Part shown: positions 11,845-24,375 of the stretch, piece after piece
How the letters are laid out: each line of letters starts with the position of its first letter
Numbering within the stretch: position 1 is the first letter of the stretch
Origin: Octopus sinensis
Taxonomy: Eukaryota
Reading direction: 5' to 3'
Assembly: GCF_006345805.1 (NCBI RefSeq)
Contig: NC_043000.1
Coordinates: 119,288,001 to 119,352,000 of the forward strand
DNA: 64,000 nucleotides
Notes under the pieces: model-generated
Told to the model about the DNA's origin: nothing
The model's input: only the letters and a program-made list of their open reading frames with translations
Database searches by the model: none
Translations under genes and position numbers: made by a program

Positions 11845-11923
11845 GTTCTTTTCTCTCTCTCTCTTTCTCTCCCTCTCTCTCCACACACACACACCTACAT
11901 ACACACACGCATACATACATACA

Positions 11924-11957
<34 letters not shown>

Positions 11958-12147
11958 CATACATACATACATACATACACTCATGCATGCATACATACAT
12001 ACATACATACATACATACATACATACATACATACATACATACATACATACATACATACATACATGCATACATATATACATACATACACACAGACACACAC
12101 ACATACATATATATACACACACACACATACACACACACACACACACA
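11845..12147. repeat. Compound (CT)n/(TACA)n/(CA)n microsatellite
   Basis: Seen directly in the sequence. Confidence 0.95.
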
Positions 12148-12148
12148 T

Positions 12149-12312
12149 AGGCGCAGGTGTGGCTGTGTGCTAAATAGCTTGCTTCCCAACATCATCGTTC
12201 CGGGTTCAATCCCACTGCATGAAACCTTGGACAAGTGTCTTCTACTATTGCTTTGGGTCTTCTACTATTGCTATGAGTAGATTTGGTAGACGGAAACTGA
12301 AAGAAACCCGTC

Positions 12313-12370
<58 letters not shown>

Positions 12371-12577
12371 TTCAAAATGTGACCGCGTGTGTACCGTTGG
12401 CGATTTGTTTTTCCTCTGTCTTCCCTTCTCCGGATCTTTCCTTCTCCTATGTTTCCGACGAAGAGCTCCGCTCGAAACGTTAAACCCCACTTCTTTCCTT
12501 CTTTCCTGAGCGTCTAATAATACTATATTTGTTCCACGTCCTCGCGTTGTTGTGTTTTTGTGCTTTGTTGTTTGGAT

Positions 12578-12633
<56 letters not shown>

Positions 12634-12795
12634 TACGACGGATTTCTTTCAGTTTCCGTCTACCAAATCCACTCACAAGGCTTTGGTCAGCCCGTGGATA
12701 TAGTAGCAGACATTTGCCCAAGGTGCCACGCAGTGGGACTGAACCCGGAACCATGGGGTTCGTAAGCAAACTACTTACCACATAGCCACTCCTAC
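12149..12795. mobile_element. Two SINE family A 5' halves in opposite orientation (12149-12365 +, 12615-12795 -) flanking a PLE-like 3' fragment
   Basis: Both match the element at 396 and end in microsatellites. Confidence 0.8.
12451..12485 (+). ncRNA. Minimal hammerhead ribozyme variant
   Basis: GTTT-CCGACGA-A-GAGC(TCC)GCTC-GAAACGTT-AAAC. Stems I and II pair perfectly; the core reads CCGA instead of CUGA. Confidence 0.55.
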
Positions 12796-13207
12796 ATGTA
12801 TGTATGTATGTATGTATGTATGTATGTATGTATGTATGTATGTATGTATGTATGTATGTATGCATGCATGTGTGTATGTATTTATATATGTATGCATACG
12901 TATGTATGTATTCTTCATTTGTGAATTAACAATGCTACCAACGGTTTCATGCGGAATATTTCGCAATTTTCAAGAGTTCACTTAATCCACAAATTTGTTA
13001 ATCCTCAAATGAAGAATATATTTATTAACTAAAAGCGGTGTTGAGCCACTCAGTCTCACTGTTCACCATTTCCATATGGTGCCTGTCTGAATGTCTGTCT
13101 GCCTGTCTATTTATTTGTGTGTTTTATGTAGAAAGATAACTTCTGTGTATACGAAAATTTTCAAATGCAACTGTATGACTCTTGTTTCGTTTTATTCTAA
13201 TTTCCAG

Positions 13208-14169
13208 ATGGCTGCGATCCAAATCTGTGCCGCCTTTCCTACTGTCGCTGTCCTGGCATCGATATTCCTGGTGGATATGCATCTAGTGAAATACCTCAAA
13301 TAGTTATGTTGACTTTTGACGATGCAGTCAACGAAAAAAATATTAATTACTATCATTACTTGTTTGGCCGTGAGAAGCAATCGAACCTGTACAACCCGAA
13401 CGGATGTCCAATCAAATCCACTTTCTTTATAACAGACGTTGGTAACAATTATACTTTAACTAGAGAAATATACCAACAAGGCCACGAAATAGCTTCGCAC
13501 ACCATGACGCATAAGTATCCCATAAAGTATTGGAAAAATTTAAGCTACACCGAATACGAAAAAGAAGTGAAAGGCGTAACCGATAAATTGTCAAATTTAT
13601 CTTATATCCCTAAAAACAAAATAAAAGGTTTTCGTGTACCATTTTTAGAAGTTGGTGGTGATACGCAATACGAGGTTTTACGAAATCTTGGCTACACTTG
13701 GGATTCTTCGATGCTTACTGGTTCTCTTGAGTACAACCGCGATCCACCAGTGTGGCCTTTTACGTTAAACTACCCTCCAGAGAAGAAATATTGTGCTTCG
13801 GGCACCCGACCAAACAAACCCTTCCCTGGTCTTTGGGAAGTACCATTGATACGGTTTTACGGTAACGACGGGAAACCCTGTGCAATGGGTGGTATGTGCA
13901 CACAGCCTGAATCCGTTCTCAATATTTCAGCTTACCTATGGAAAAACTTTCAGCGGTATTATAACACGAACAAAGCACCATTTGGAATTTTTATACATTC
14001 TTATTGGTTTGACAAGGATATAAAGAACCTGTATGCTCTTCGATCATTTCTGGAAACACTGAAATATTTGAGAGATACATATGTCGTTTCTGTTAGCCAG
14101 GCTTTGGAATGGGTTAAAAGCCCAACGTCTTTGATAGGGATCAGAAACTTCAAGCCATGGCAATGCTAA
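13208..14169 (+). CDS. Chitin deacetylase-like protein (CE4/NodB polysaccharide deacetylase), terminal coding exon
   Basis: Acceptor ttctaatttccag|AT at 13208 (phase 1). The frame is open from GCDPNLCRLSYCRCPG..PQIVMLTFDDAVN through SHTMTH, GFRVPFLE, WDSS, PVWPFTL, WEVPL and APFGIFIHSYW to FKPWQC*. The upstream exon(s) are not securely located. Confidence 0.92.
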
Positions 14170-14227
14170 ATGTTCTAAAAGGATTTTTATAGTGTTTGTA
14201 TTAAATGAATTGTAAGATAAATTCATA

Positions 14228-14233
14228 AATAAA
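14228..14233 (+). promoter_or_regulatory. Candidate polyadenylation signal of the deacetylase gene
   Basis: AATAAA 59 nt after the stop codon. Confidence 0.5.
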
Positions 14234-14313
14234 ATTGACTAAGTCCCACGCTCTTTCCCAGGCTTGCTTGATCTATTTTTGAAGAGGTAGTAGAGATAGA
14301 AGAGTGCGCATCT

Positions 14314-14345
<32 letters not shown>

Positions 14346-14499
14346 GTCCCTCTCTTGTTCTTCATCCTTTCTGGTTTTCTCTCCCACCCTTCCCTATTCT
14401 TCTCCTCTCCTCTCCACCGTTCCCTCTATCTCACTCTTCCTCCTCGACTCTCTCGTCGCTGACACGTGACGAAAGGGAATCTATCTTTCTGTCCATTTC

Positions 14500-14990
14500 C
14501 TTCCTAAAGACAACACGTACTTATACCTGTCTCCTCTCATAAGCTCGTCTTCCTAGCGTTCATAATAATCTTTCTATCGTCTTGGCTTAACAGCCCTCAC
14601 CGTTTGTTTTTACCGTCTTGTTCTCACTGTCCTGTTCTAGTAACCACTTTCACCCTCCGCAAAAAATCCCAAATTTTATTTAATTTGCTTTGCGGGAAGG
14701 ACTGTTTCAAAGAAGTCGCGTCTTGTCCTTCCCTTGGAAACACGGAGTAGATGAAACTGGGACAACTGAAGAGGGGGAATATTCTTTATGTTGCATGTCT
14801 CGTTTCTCGTTTGTTCTTTTCATTGTTCGAAAAAATGTTCGTTTTCTATGTTTTTGTTTTCATGTTTTCGTTTCTCATTGTGTTCAACGATTTTTTGATG
14901 TCCTGTACCCATATATGTACGTATATATACATTTATATGTAGATATATGTATGTATATATGCATGTATTATTATATTATTATATGATCGA
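14500..14990 (+). repeat. Unclassified interspersed repeat; an inverted copy lies at about 24390-24760
   Basis: AAGCTCGTCTTCCTAGCGTTCATAATAAT..GGGGAATATTCTTTATGTTGCATGTCTCGTTTCTC is present in both orientations. Confidence 0.75.
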
Positions 14991-15018
14991 ACGCCATGCA
15001 TCCTTTTCCAAGTAAGTT

Positions 15019-15113
<95 letters not shown>

Positions 15114-15547
15114 CACATTACACATTCTAATATATACTTTAAAAAGTAGATAAGTTAAAGTAAAAATCAGGATAAGTTAATGGATCGAATGGTTTTTTTT
15201 ATTGTATAGTTCCTGTTCGTGTTATTGTTAACACTTAGCGACGACTAACTTTTAAATTGATTAAGTCACCATGTAGATTCAGGTGAGGCTTGAAAATATG
15301 GATGGGAGCCTTTGAAAACAGAAAGTACAAATCTAGTATTATTATCTAAATACGGTGACATTACAAATCACTTAACACTAGCTACAAGTCTCGTTATTGT
15401 AATCTTACAAACAGAAAAGAATCCATTAACCTCAACGATTAAGAAGAGAACAGGATACTGGTAGCATAAAAGATATAGATCGGAGTAAATTGCTTCAGTA
15501 GATCCGAAATGGAAGGAAAAAAATAGGTATCAGTAATATAGAAGTGG

Positions 15548-15845
15548 AAGCACATGGCCTGCTGGCTAGAGCAGCGGACTCGTGGTCGAGGGATCAGGGG
15601 TTTGAATCTCAGACCGAGCAATGTGTGTGTTTATGAGCGAAACACCTAAGCTCCACGCGGCTCCGGTAGAAGGTATTGGTGAACTTCTGCTGACTCTTTT
15701 GCCACAACTTTCTCTCATTTTTTCCTCCTGCATTTAGCAGCTCACCCGCAATGGAGCGACGCCCCGTTCAGGTGGGGAACCTATACGCCCGGGAAACCGG
15801 TCCTTATGAGCCAGACATGGCGCGAGAAGGAACAAACAACAACAA
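15548..15845 (+). mobile_element. tRNA(Arg)-like SINE, family C
   Basis: GCACATGGCC..TAGAGCAGCGGACTCG head with (AAC)n tail. A better copy lies at 57617-57930. Confidence 0.8.
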
Positions 15846-17139
15846 TATAGAAGAAATCTAAAATCGGAGGAAACCAGCGAGGGTCTCCACGATAATCCTT
15901 TCTGTAGGCGCAAGGCCAGAAATTTGGTGGGAGGGGGGGGCAGTCGATTAGATCGACCCCAGTATGCAACTGGTACTTAATTTATCGACCACGAAAGGAT
16001 GAAAGGCAAAGTCGACCTCGGCAGAATTTGAACTCAGTGCGTCGCAGGTTTACTCATTTGCAGTTGACTGGCTTGGAGCAACGTGAAATGAGGGGTTTCG
16101 CTTTAAGAACACTGCGTATACCCTGGTCCGGAAAGCGAAATCATGATCTTGCGCTCGTCAGTGCAACATTTTAACCACAAGGCCATGGGCCTTCTCGCAA
16201 ACCCTAGGCTGGTACTTTAGGCATCAGTTTTGGAATGAAAGATAGAGATGGTCTCTGCGGGATTTGAACTCATCGGAACAATTACTGCCACACGTCTTGT
16301 TCGACGCGCAAATTATCCCACCAACTCGACGTCCTAAACTCGTACTTTATTTATAGAACCCCGGTGGACTGAAAAGCCAGTTTAACCTCAGCGGGACTTG
16401 TACTCAAAACATAAGGAAATTAAATAAATTCCAGCGTTCTGACAACTCTGTTAAGAACTATGCGATCGAAGGAAGGAGCAAAAACGCGTTCAATTTATCT
16501 GCCAGAAGAAGCAGCCAAACATCCCGCACATCACACCCTACTGCCGTCTTAAATAAAGATGTATTGGACATCATGTAGCCCCTGATATGCAAGAAAACAA
16601 GATAGTCACAATTGGGATGCTATTGAACATAATTATAGATCAACATTATCATAGGCCAGCGAGGTCATTGGCTTGCTTCACTATAGACCTATAGATCCTC
16701 AACGGTAGCAATGCGCTGGGTGATCAGATAAAGTCGTACGTTTTTTTTTCTACACGGTACACCATTGCAACATGTCTGAATAGAGAGACAAAGTTTATTC
16801 GAATTTCAAAATCGATAAACGACAGCTGTAGAAGGAAAGCATACCTACAAAAACAAAACACGATAAAAGTAATTTCGAGTTAATTCAAATTACATTGGAA
16901 TGATTTTTTAAAAATATATAGCAGACAAAAAATGCGAATTTATCTCACAACCCAATATAAAAATGCCGTCAATAAAACATCTGCGAATCGGTTGACTTCA
17001 TAACCGACATTGAAAAATCATCGACTTCCCCAATTCGATATTGACAAATTGAATATTTTGTAGTTATATTCTAAATTGCATCACAAACCTTTCAGATTTG
17101 TTGTCAGTGAATAAAAGCAATTTATCGATTTTAAGCCTA

Positions 17140-17410
17140 AAAAAGAGACAGACAGATAATAATGATTTCAGTAGACGCATTAGGCATGATAAAAAAGTAT
17201 TCAGACAAATACATAACAAAAATATCAGGACTTACAAATATATATAACATACAGAAAATTGCACTACTGGGCACTGAACATATCCTTACGCAAAACACTT
17301 TCAATACAGTAACCATCAGAGCATCACAACAAATCACAGCACATACCCAAGGCATACTGAGCTGCGCTCGGTAGTGAAGTGAAAGCACGTTATAAAAATA
17401 AAACTACTGA
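17140..17410 (+). mobile_element. 3' end of an R4/Dong-type element with (AAT)/(AAC)n tail
   Basis: IISVDALGMIKKYSDKYITKISGL..IQKIALLGT.HIL is homologous to the C-terminus at 4585-4740. Confidence 0.75.
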
Positions 17411-17418
17411 ATAATAAT

Positions 17419-17449
<31 letters not shown>

Positions 17450-17494
17450 GCAGCAACAACAACAGTAACAATAACAGCAACAACAACAACAATA

Positions 17495-17810
17495 ATTTCT
17501 TTATTGCCCACAGGGGGCTAAACATAGAGAGGACAAACAAGGATAGACAAACAGATTAAGTCGATTACATCGACCCCAGTGCATAACTGGTACTTAATTT
17601 ATCAACCCCGAAAGGATGAAAGGCAAAGTCGACCTCGGTGGAATTTGAACTCAGAACGTAGAGGCAGACGAAATACCTATTTCTCTACTACCCACAAGTG
17701 GCTAAACACAGAGAGGACAAACAAGGACAGACAAACGGATTAAGTCGATTATATCGACCCCAGTGCATAACTGGTACTTATTTAATCGACCCCGAAAGGA
17801 TGAAAGGCAA
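17495..17810 (-). mobile_element. SINE family B tandem dimer, head missing
   Basis: Two body units joined at GAAATACCTATTTC. Confidence 0.8.
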
Positions 17811-17904
17811 AGAGAGGAGGAAGAGAGAGAGAGGGACAGAGAGGAAGTAGCTGTACTAACATTTGGCTATAGGCCAAAACTATAGGCCTACCTCTCTGAC
17901 TTCA

Positions 17905-18170
17905 GGCATCAGCAAAGTCACGGAACGGATAGTCAGAGGGAACTAATCGCATTCCTTGAAGAAAATGACTTGCTGAGTGATACCCAGCATGGCTTTCGAC
18001 CATGTAGGAGCTACCCGACCCAGATCTTACAGCACTATGACTGGATGTTGAGGCAGTTACTCAACAACCCAAATGTGGGTGTAATATACCTCGACTTTGC
18101 CAAAGCTTTTGATAAAGTGGATCATGGTATAATACGCCAGAAACTGCGTGATCTTGGCATAGCTAGAAAA
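17905..18170 (+). pseudogene. CR1-group RT fragment
   Basis: QHGFRPCRS..IYLDFAKAFDKVDHG; same family as the copies at 40073 and 43448. Confidence 0.85.
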
Positions 18171-18404
18171 CTTGTTGGCATAACAGTAACATCAATTATG
18201 GTCACAAAATGATTGCATTGCAACAACTTCTACGTAGACAAGGCATGTAGTCAAATGATTAGATTGCTGGGCTCTCGATCATGAAAGTCGTTGGTTTGAT
18301 TCCTAGACAGGGCAGCACATTATATCCTTCAACAAGGCGCTTCATTTCATATTGCTCAGTTTACTCACTTGAAGATGGGTCGCAGCCAAATGTTAGTACA
18401 GCTA

Positions 18405-18427
18405 TTCCTCTCTCTCTCTCTCGCTCT

Positions 18428-18460
<33 letters not shown>

Positions 18461-18490
18461 TCTCTCTCTCTCTCTCTTTCTCTCTTCCTC

Positions 18491-18521
<31 letters not shown>

Positions 18522-18564
18522 CTCTTCCTCTTTTCCTCTCTCTCTCTCTCTTTCTCTCTCCCTC

Positions 18565-18595
<31 letters not shown>

Positions 18596-18637
18596 CTCTC
18601 TTCCTCTTTTCCTCTCTCTCTCTTTCTCTCTCTCTCC
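18405..18637. repeat. (CT)n-rich microsatellite
   Basis: Seen directly in the sequence. Confidence 0.95.
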
Positions 18638-18719
18638 AGCTGCCATGTCCTCACTGTTCGACTGGCTCAAGTGTAACTGTGTATGCCTCACCCCGACTTT
18701 ATAAAACAATTAGCTGTAT

Positions 18720-18950
18720 GGTTGCGAGCTGGCAGAATCGTTAGCATGCCGGGCGAAATGCTTAGCGGTATTTCGTCTGCCGTCATGTTCTGAGTTCAAA
18801 TTCCGCCGAGGTCGACTTTGCCTTTCATCCTTTCGGGCTCGATAAATTAAGTACCAGTAACGCACTGGGGTCGATATAATCGACTTAATCCGTTTGTCTG
18901 TCCTTGTTTGTCCCCTCTATGTTTAGCTCCTTGTGGGCAGTAAAGAAATA
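18720..18950 (+). mobile_element. SINE family B monomer
   Basis: GAGCTGGCAGAATCGTTAGC head through GTGGGCAGTAAAGAAATA tail. Confidence 0.85.
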
Positions 18951-19347
18951 TATATCAAACAATTAGTGAAGACATGGTACGTACAACCAAGTCATACTGT
19001 GACAACTGTATGTTTTTATATTTACGTAACTCCATCAATGGGAAACTGTTGGAGATTTTATCTTCTGTCAATCATTCAAGTAAGAATACACTGGACTGAT
19101 TTCTATCGTCTTCAAATATATAAGTTTAGTATTGCAATGCAATAAAACACTCGACAATTATACTCTGATCCTGCTGCTTACAACTATAAATCGTATTCAT
19201 ATCATTTAAGGGTTGAGTGATTGTGATAGTTATGTATTAAGTGACATGCCTAAAGACACAGCGTAAACACCGTTGACTGAGCACGAATCCTAGAGTATCG
19301 TAACTTCGAGAATCTCGTTACCTCGATACTAGGTTTTAGAAAAAGAG

Positions 19348-19575
19348 GTTACATCGAACACCCTGGAGTATACCAACAACGTACAATCAACGTAACGTGT
19401 GCTTTGGACAAGCCCCTTGGCACTAAATACACATAGGGTTGGTTTCCTCTGTGAATACAATAGGAATATTCTATTTGATATATATCGACCATGGGTGGGG
19501 ACCACAGGTTTATCCAACCCTACTTGGTGCATATCTTTTCAAGTACCCGATTCTGTCTGAATCCTTATTATGATT

Positions 19576-19615
<40 letters not shown>

Positions 19616-20497
19616 GGTGTGTGTGTGTATGTATACACACGACTACGACTTCCAGTTCTCGTCTACCAAATTCACTGTGAAGGCTTTGGTTGGCCCGGAG
19701 CTATAGTAGAAAATACTTGCCCAAGGTGTCATGCACTGGGACCGAACCCAGAACCAAGTGGTTGGGAAGCAAAATTCTGACCACACAATAAAATAAAATA
19801 AAAACCACCTTCCCTTCCCTTCCCTCGCGCTACGTAAAATAAATTTTTTACACCAATATATCTTTAGTAAGAGATTGTCTGGAATCCTGTTCACAAATGT
19901 ATACATAAAAGCTAAATGTAGTGATTCATAGAATCTTTATTTGGGAAGTAACAGATGTGGTTTATGAAAGGCGTTGTGCTATTATTTTGCGATTTATTGT
20001 TCACTTTTTCGTTCATTTTTCCCGTATTTGCTCACGTTCAATCATTGTTGCAGTCAAAAGTAGAAGCAAAAAAATTTTGTTATAAAAATTGCGTCATGGC
20101 TATCAGTAAACATTTCTATACGATTATTGCTTCACCTGACTACTGCACTTGAGTGCATGACTTATGAGAAAATAGAGCACTGGGATGAATGCTACGGATA
20201 GCCTTTTATTCAAAGTTAGTGAGTCGAAAAAATCTTTAGCACGCTCGACAAAATGCTTAGACAAGGCGACAAAATGCTTAGATTCGTTAGCACGGCGGGC
20301 GAAATGCTTAGCGATATTTCGTCTGCCGTTATGTTGTGAGTTCAAATTCCGCCGAGGTCGACTTTGTCTGTCATCCTTTCAGGGTCGATAAATTAAGTAC
20401 CAATTACGCACTGGGGTCGATATAATCGACTTAATCCGTTTGTCTGTCCTTGTTTGTCTCCTCTGTGTTTAGCCCCTTGTGGGTAGTAAAGAAATAT
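19348..20497 (+). repeat. Left arm of an inverted segmental duplication (partner 25247-26486)
   Basis: Near-identical conceptual ORFs on opposite strands (19329-19532/26302-26490 and 19643-19906/25812-26075). The arms share non-SINE sequence and the same SINE copies. Confidence 0.85.
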
Positions 20498-21190
20498 GTA
20501 TTTCGTCTGCTGTTACGTTCTGGGTTAAAATTCCGCCGAGGTCGACTTTGCCTTTCATCCTTTCGGGGTCGATAAATTAAGTACCAGTTACGCACTGGTG
20601 TCGATGTAATCGACTTAATCCCTTTGTCTGTCCTTGTTTGTCTCCTCTGTGTTTAGCCCCTTCACGGTAGTAAAGAAATAGGTATTTCGTCTGCTGTTAC
20701 GTTCTGGGTTCAAATTCCGCCGAGGTCGACTTTGCCTTTCATCCTTTCGGGGTCGATAAATTAAGTACCAATTACGCACTGGGGTCGATATAATCGACTT
20801 AATCCGTTTGTCTGTCCTTGTTTGTCTCCTCTGTGTTTAGCCCCTTGTGGGTAGTAAAGAAATAGGTATTTCGTCTGCTGTTACGTTCTGGGTTCAAATT
20901 CCGCCGAGGTCGACTTTGCCTTTCATCCTTTCGGGGTCGATAAATTAAGTACCAATTACGCACTGGGGTCGATATGATCGACTTAATCCGTTTGTCTGTC
21001 CTTGTTTGTCTCCTCTGTGTTTAGCCCCTTGTGGGTAGTAAAGAAATAGGTATTTCGTCTGCTTTTACGTTCTGGGTTCAAATTCCGCCGGGGTCATCTT
21101 TGCCTTTCATCCTTTCGGGGTCGATAAATTAAGTACCAATTACGCACTGGTGTCGATGTAATCGTCTTAATCCCTTTGTCTGTCCTTTTT
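20215..21190 (+). repeat. SINE family B head followed by five tandem 184-bp body units (last one partial)
   Basis: ATTTCGTCTG unit starts at 20316, 20500, 20684, 20868 and 21052. Confidence 0.9.
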
Positions 21191-21489
21191 GAGAAAATTC
21201 TATAGTTTGTAAGATATTTGTTGTTGTTTTTCTTCAATTTCTGCAATTTCAACCAATCAATGACGTCTATTGAGGTGAAAACATTCTGTGACGTATGAAT
21301 ATGTCCCTCGTTTAAGAAACAGATTGGGTTTATTTACATTTCTGAAGAAAAAAGTTACCCCCCACCCCCACCCCTAACCCTAAAACAGATTTAAATGCAA
21401 TAGATCGATACTAGGGTCATAATTATGGGTGACAATTTCATATGACACCGCTAGACAAAACTGCCGTTCAAACCGAAAAGATCCCTACT
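21190..21489 (-). mobile_element. Partial copy of the TTAGGG-bearing MITE
   Basis: Reverse complement of about 10972-11290, ending in CTGCCGTTCAAACCGAAAAGATCCCTACT. Confidence 0.8.
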
Positions 21490-21709
21490 CTCTACATCGA
21501 AAAGACACAGAGAACTTCGTCTTCCATGGGTCATCGTGGTTCTCGGATAATTTTTTTCAGTCCCAATTTACTGAATAACCAATCTCCTGAACAACTAGGG
21601 ACTATCGAGCCTAAATATATTCTAAGGACTGCTTCAAGACATGGGTAAGTTTCAGCAAGCCCCTTATTATGGATTAAAACTACTCAATGAGGGGAGTGAT
21701 AAAATAAAC

Positions 21710-22060
21710 ATGACCGGATTGGAGTGTCATCAGCTGAATCCTGCCATAGGCTACCCTAAAGTCCAACCCCTCCTGAAAGCGGTAGGGTAGTGTAAACAGG
21801 CAGTGTCAGAGCTATGCCGTCGGGAACTTCGGTTCCTGGTAGGGTCACCCAAGGCGGATTGGTCTGGCACCGAGCGGTATTAGGGCCGAAGCCTGGCCAA
21901 CGGGGCTCTGGCGAAAATTCCAAGAGGCGTCTGATCGGCAACCGGCGGCTTCAAGGTTGTTCTGTCACTGCGTCTGTGGAGACTCTGCGGCAAACAGGGC
22001 GTCTCGTCACTCGGGATATGCATGCGGGATGTCGGGGACCGCTTGTAAATTAAATATTCC
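21710..22060 (+). mobile_element. GC-rich segment resembling the 5' region of RTE-type LINEs
   Basis: GGTAGGGTCACCCAAGGCGGATTGGTCTGGC resembles RTE/Rex3 5' leaders from memory. No ORF supports the call. Confidence 0.35.
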
Positions 22061-22789
22061 CACGAAACTTCTTCTATGAATCCTATGGAACCGCGAATGG
22101 CTCGCTATCTCCAGTGACCTCACACAGGACCGTTGAGTGTGGGCCGCCATGGTTCATGATACCGTCAGGACCAGAGAAGAAGCCGGCTCAACCTGCCCTG
22201 AGTGAACGCGGTCACAAGTACAAGTACAGGCATACTAAGCCAGGCAGCTTACACATACCTCTATTACTCTTATGTCCGGAGCAGATAAGTAGGCCTGCTG
22301 CCAAAGTTAATCAAATGTTAGTGAAAAAGAGTTCAAGCGATTAACAATAAATTAAGAATTACAGATTAAGGATTTAGTGTCCATAAAATTACATTTCTTC
22401 AAAATTTCTTTTCAGTCTCCTGAAGCCCTGGAAATGAAGAAACTGTTCGAAGACGAATTATGTATTTCAAGGATCTTTCAAGACTTCAAACAATTATGTG
22501 ACTATATTTGAGCTTACAACTCTACTTTCACTTTTGTTAATCAAAATGGCCTCTACAGATCTAAGAAGCTTTGTCATTTTAAGACACTTAATATGTTTTA
22601 TTGCAATTAATATGTTTTATTGCAATTAAAATGTGTTGTTGTTAGTGACGATGCTTGAATTTTCAATCTTTTTATTTGCTTCGACTTTTTTTCCGATTTT
22701 TTCTTTTCTCTTCTTTTTTTCATTTACATCATCTTATTTACAACACGAAACTAACTTACAGCATATCCGCAAAAAGTTGCTAAATATAT

Positions 22790-23430
22790 ACGACGGGCTT
22801 CCTTCAGTTTCCTATTTCTTTATTGCCCACAAGTGGCTAAACTTAGAGGGGACAAACAAGGACAGACAAAGGGATTAAGTCGATTACATCGAGCCCAGTG
22901 TGTAACTGGTACTTAATTTATCGACCCCGAAAGCATGAAAGGCAAAGTCGACCTCAGCGGAATTTGAACTCATAACGTAACGTCAGACGAAATACCGCTA
23001 AGCATTTCGCCCGCCGTGCTAACGTTTCTGCTAGCTTCCCGCTGAAGGGCTTTCTTCAGTTCCCGTCTATCAAATCCACTCAGAAGGCTTTGGTCAGCCC
23101 GAGAAAGGTAGTGAGTCGAAAAAATCTTTAGCACGCCGGACAAAATGCTTAGACAAGGCGACAAAATGCTTAGAAACGTTAGCACGGCGGGCGAAATGCT
23201 TGGCAGTATTTCGTCTGCCGTTACGTTGTGAGTTCAAATTCCGCCGAGGTCGACTTTGCCTTTCATCCTTTCTGGGTCGATTAAATAAGTACCAGTTACG
23301 CACTGGGGTCGATATAATCGAACTTAATCCGTTTGTGTGTCCTTGTTTGTTCTGTCTGCGTTTAGCCCCTTGTGGGTAGTAAAAAAATAGGTATTTAGTA
23401 CGTCGTTACGTTCTGAGTTCAAATTAAGTG
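22790..23430. mobile_element. Nested SINE cluster: family B (-) inserted in a family A fragment, followed by family B (+)
   Basis: GGGCTT.CTTCAGTT.CC is duplicated either side of the minus-strand copy. Confidence 0.7.
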
Positions 23431-23829
23431 CTATGTTTATTCCTTTCCATTTGTCTAGCTCGTAAACATCTAGAGCAGTGGTTTTCAACCAGGGTTCCGC
23501 CAGTACAGTCCAGGGGTTCCAGAAGAAGTTACAAAACTTCGGCAGTAATTTTTAAGTCTCCTGTGCAGATATGTGTGCATAAGACTATTAAATTATTGCA
23601 CAGGGGTTCCTCGAGCCAGTGGAATGTTTCCTTGATCTAGAGTGTTACTAATTTGAGAACACAGATTTAATGGCAAGACGGTTCGACGTCTATTTTTAGC
23701 ATACAGGGGATCCATGTTGTGATCTCTCATATTGTTTATGTTTAAATAGAATTCACGGTCCTCGGACGTTTTTAAGTATGCTGATCACTAGTTGAAATTG
23801 ATATTATTTAATAATATTAATTTCTACTC

Positions 23830-23862
23830 ACATTATTATTATTACTACTACTACTACTACTG

Positions 23863-23901
<39 letters not shown>

Positions 23902-24014
23902 ATGCTATTACTATTGCTATTATTATTATTACTACTACTACTACTACTACTACTACTACAACTACTATTGCTATGACTATTGCTATTACTATTGCTATTA
24001 CTACTACTACTACT

Positions 24015-24045
<31 letters not shown>

Positions 24046-24084
24046 AACTACTATTGCTATGACTATTGCTATTACTATTGCTAT

Positions 24085-24125
<41 letters not shown>

Positions 24126-24147
24126 TTATTATTATTATTATTATTAT
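23830..24147. repeat. (TAC)n/(TAT)n compound trinucleotide repeat
   Basis: Seen directly in the sequence. Confidence 0.95.
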
Positions 24148-24184
24148 ATTTTAAAAAGGATTGGCGCAACTGTTCACAAAGGTA

Positions 24185-24375
24185 AACAGTCAAGACGAAG
24201 AGCGCGATTCGTTTGTAAGATATTTTATTAGTTGAACGTTATTTCAACAGTAAATCTGTCTTTGTCAAATTCGAAATAAGAGGTGATAAAAATTCAAAAG
24301 ATAGACGTACTGTTGAAATATCGTTCAACTAATAAAATATCTTACAATCGAATCGCGCTCTTCGTCTTCACTGTT
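24185..24375. mobile_element. Small foldback/MITE-like hairpin element
   Basis: Arms of about 80 bp, AACAGT.AAGACGAAGAGCGCGATTCG..TTGAACG.TATTTCAACAGT and its reverse complement, next to (TAT)n. Confidence 0.8.

Noticed and set aside
13091-13303. ORF with hydrophobic MAAIQICAAFPTVAVLASIFL as the deacetylase signal peptide
   Set aside because: It is out of frame with the catalytic domain, whose own frame has conserved Cys motifs over the same bases behind a good acceptor.
20316-21190. Regular array that might suggest CRISPR
   Set aside because: The units are 184-bp SINE bodies with no unique spacers, no cas genes are present, and the DNA is eukaryotic.
22420-22465. Degenerate hammerhead-like words here and near 28070, 39440, 52240 and 58370
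   Set aside because: Too many core or stem mismatches to support by eye.
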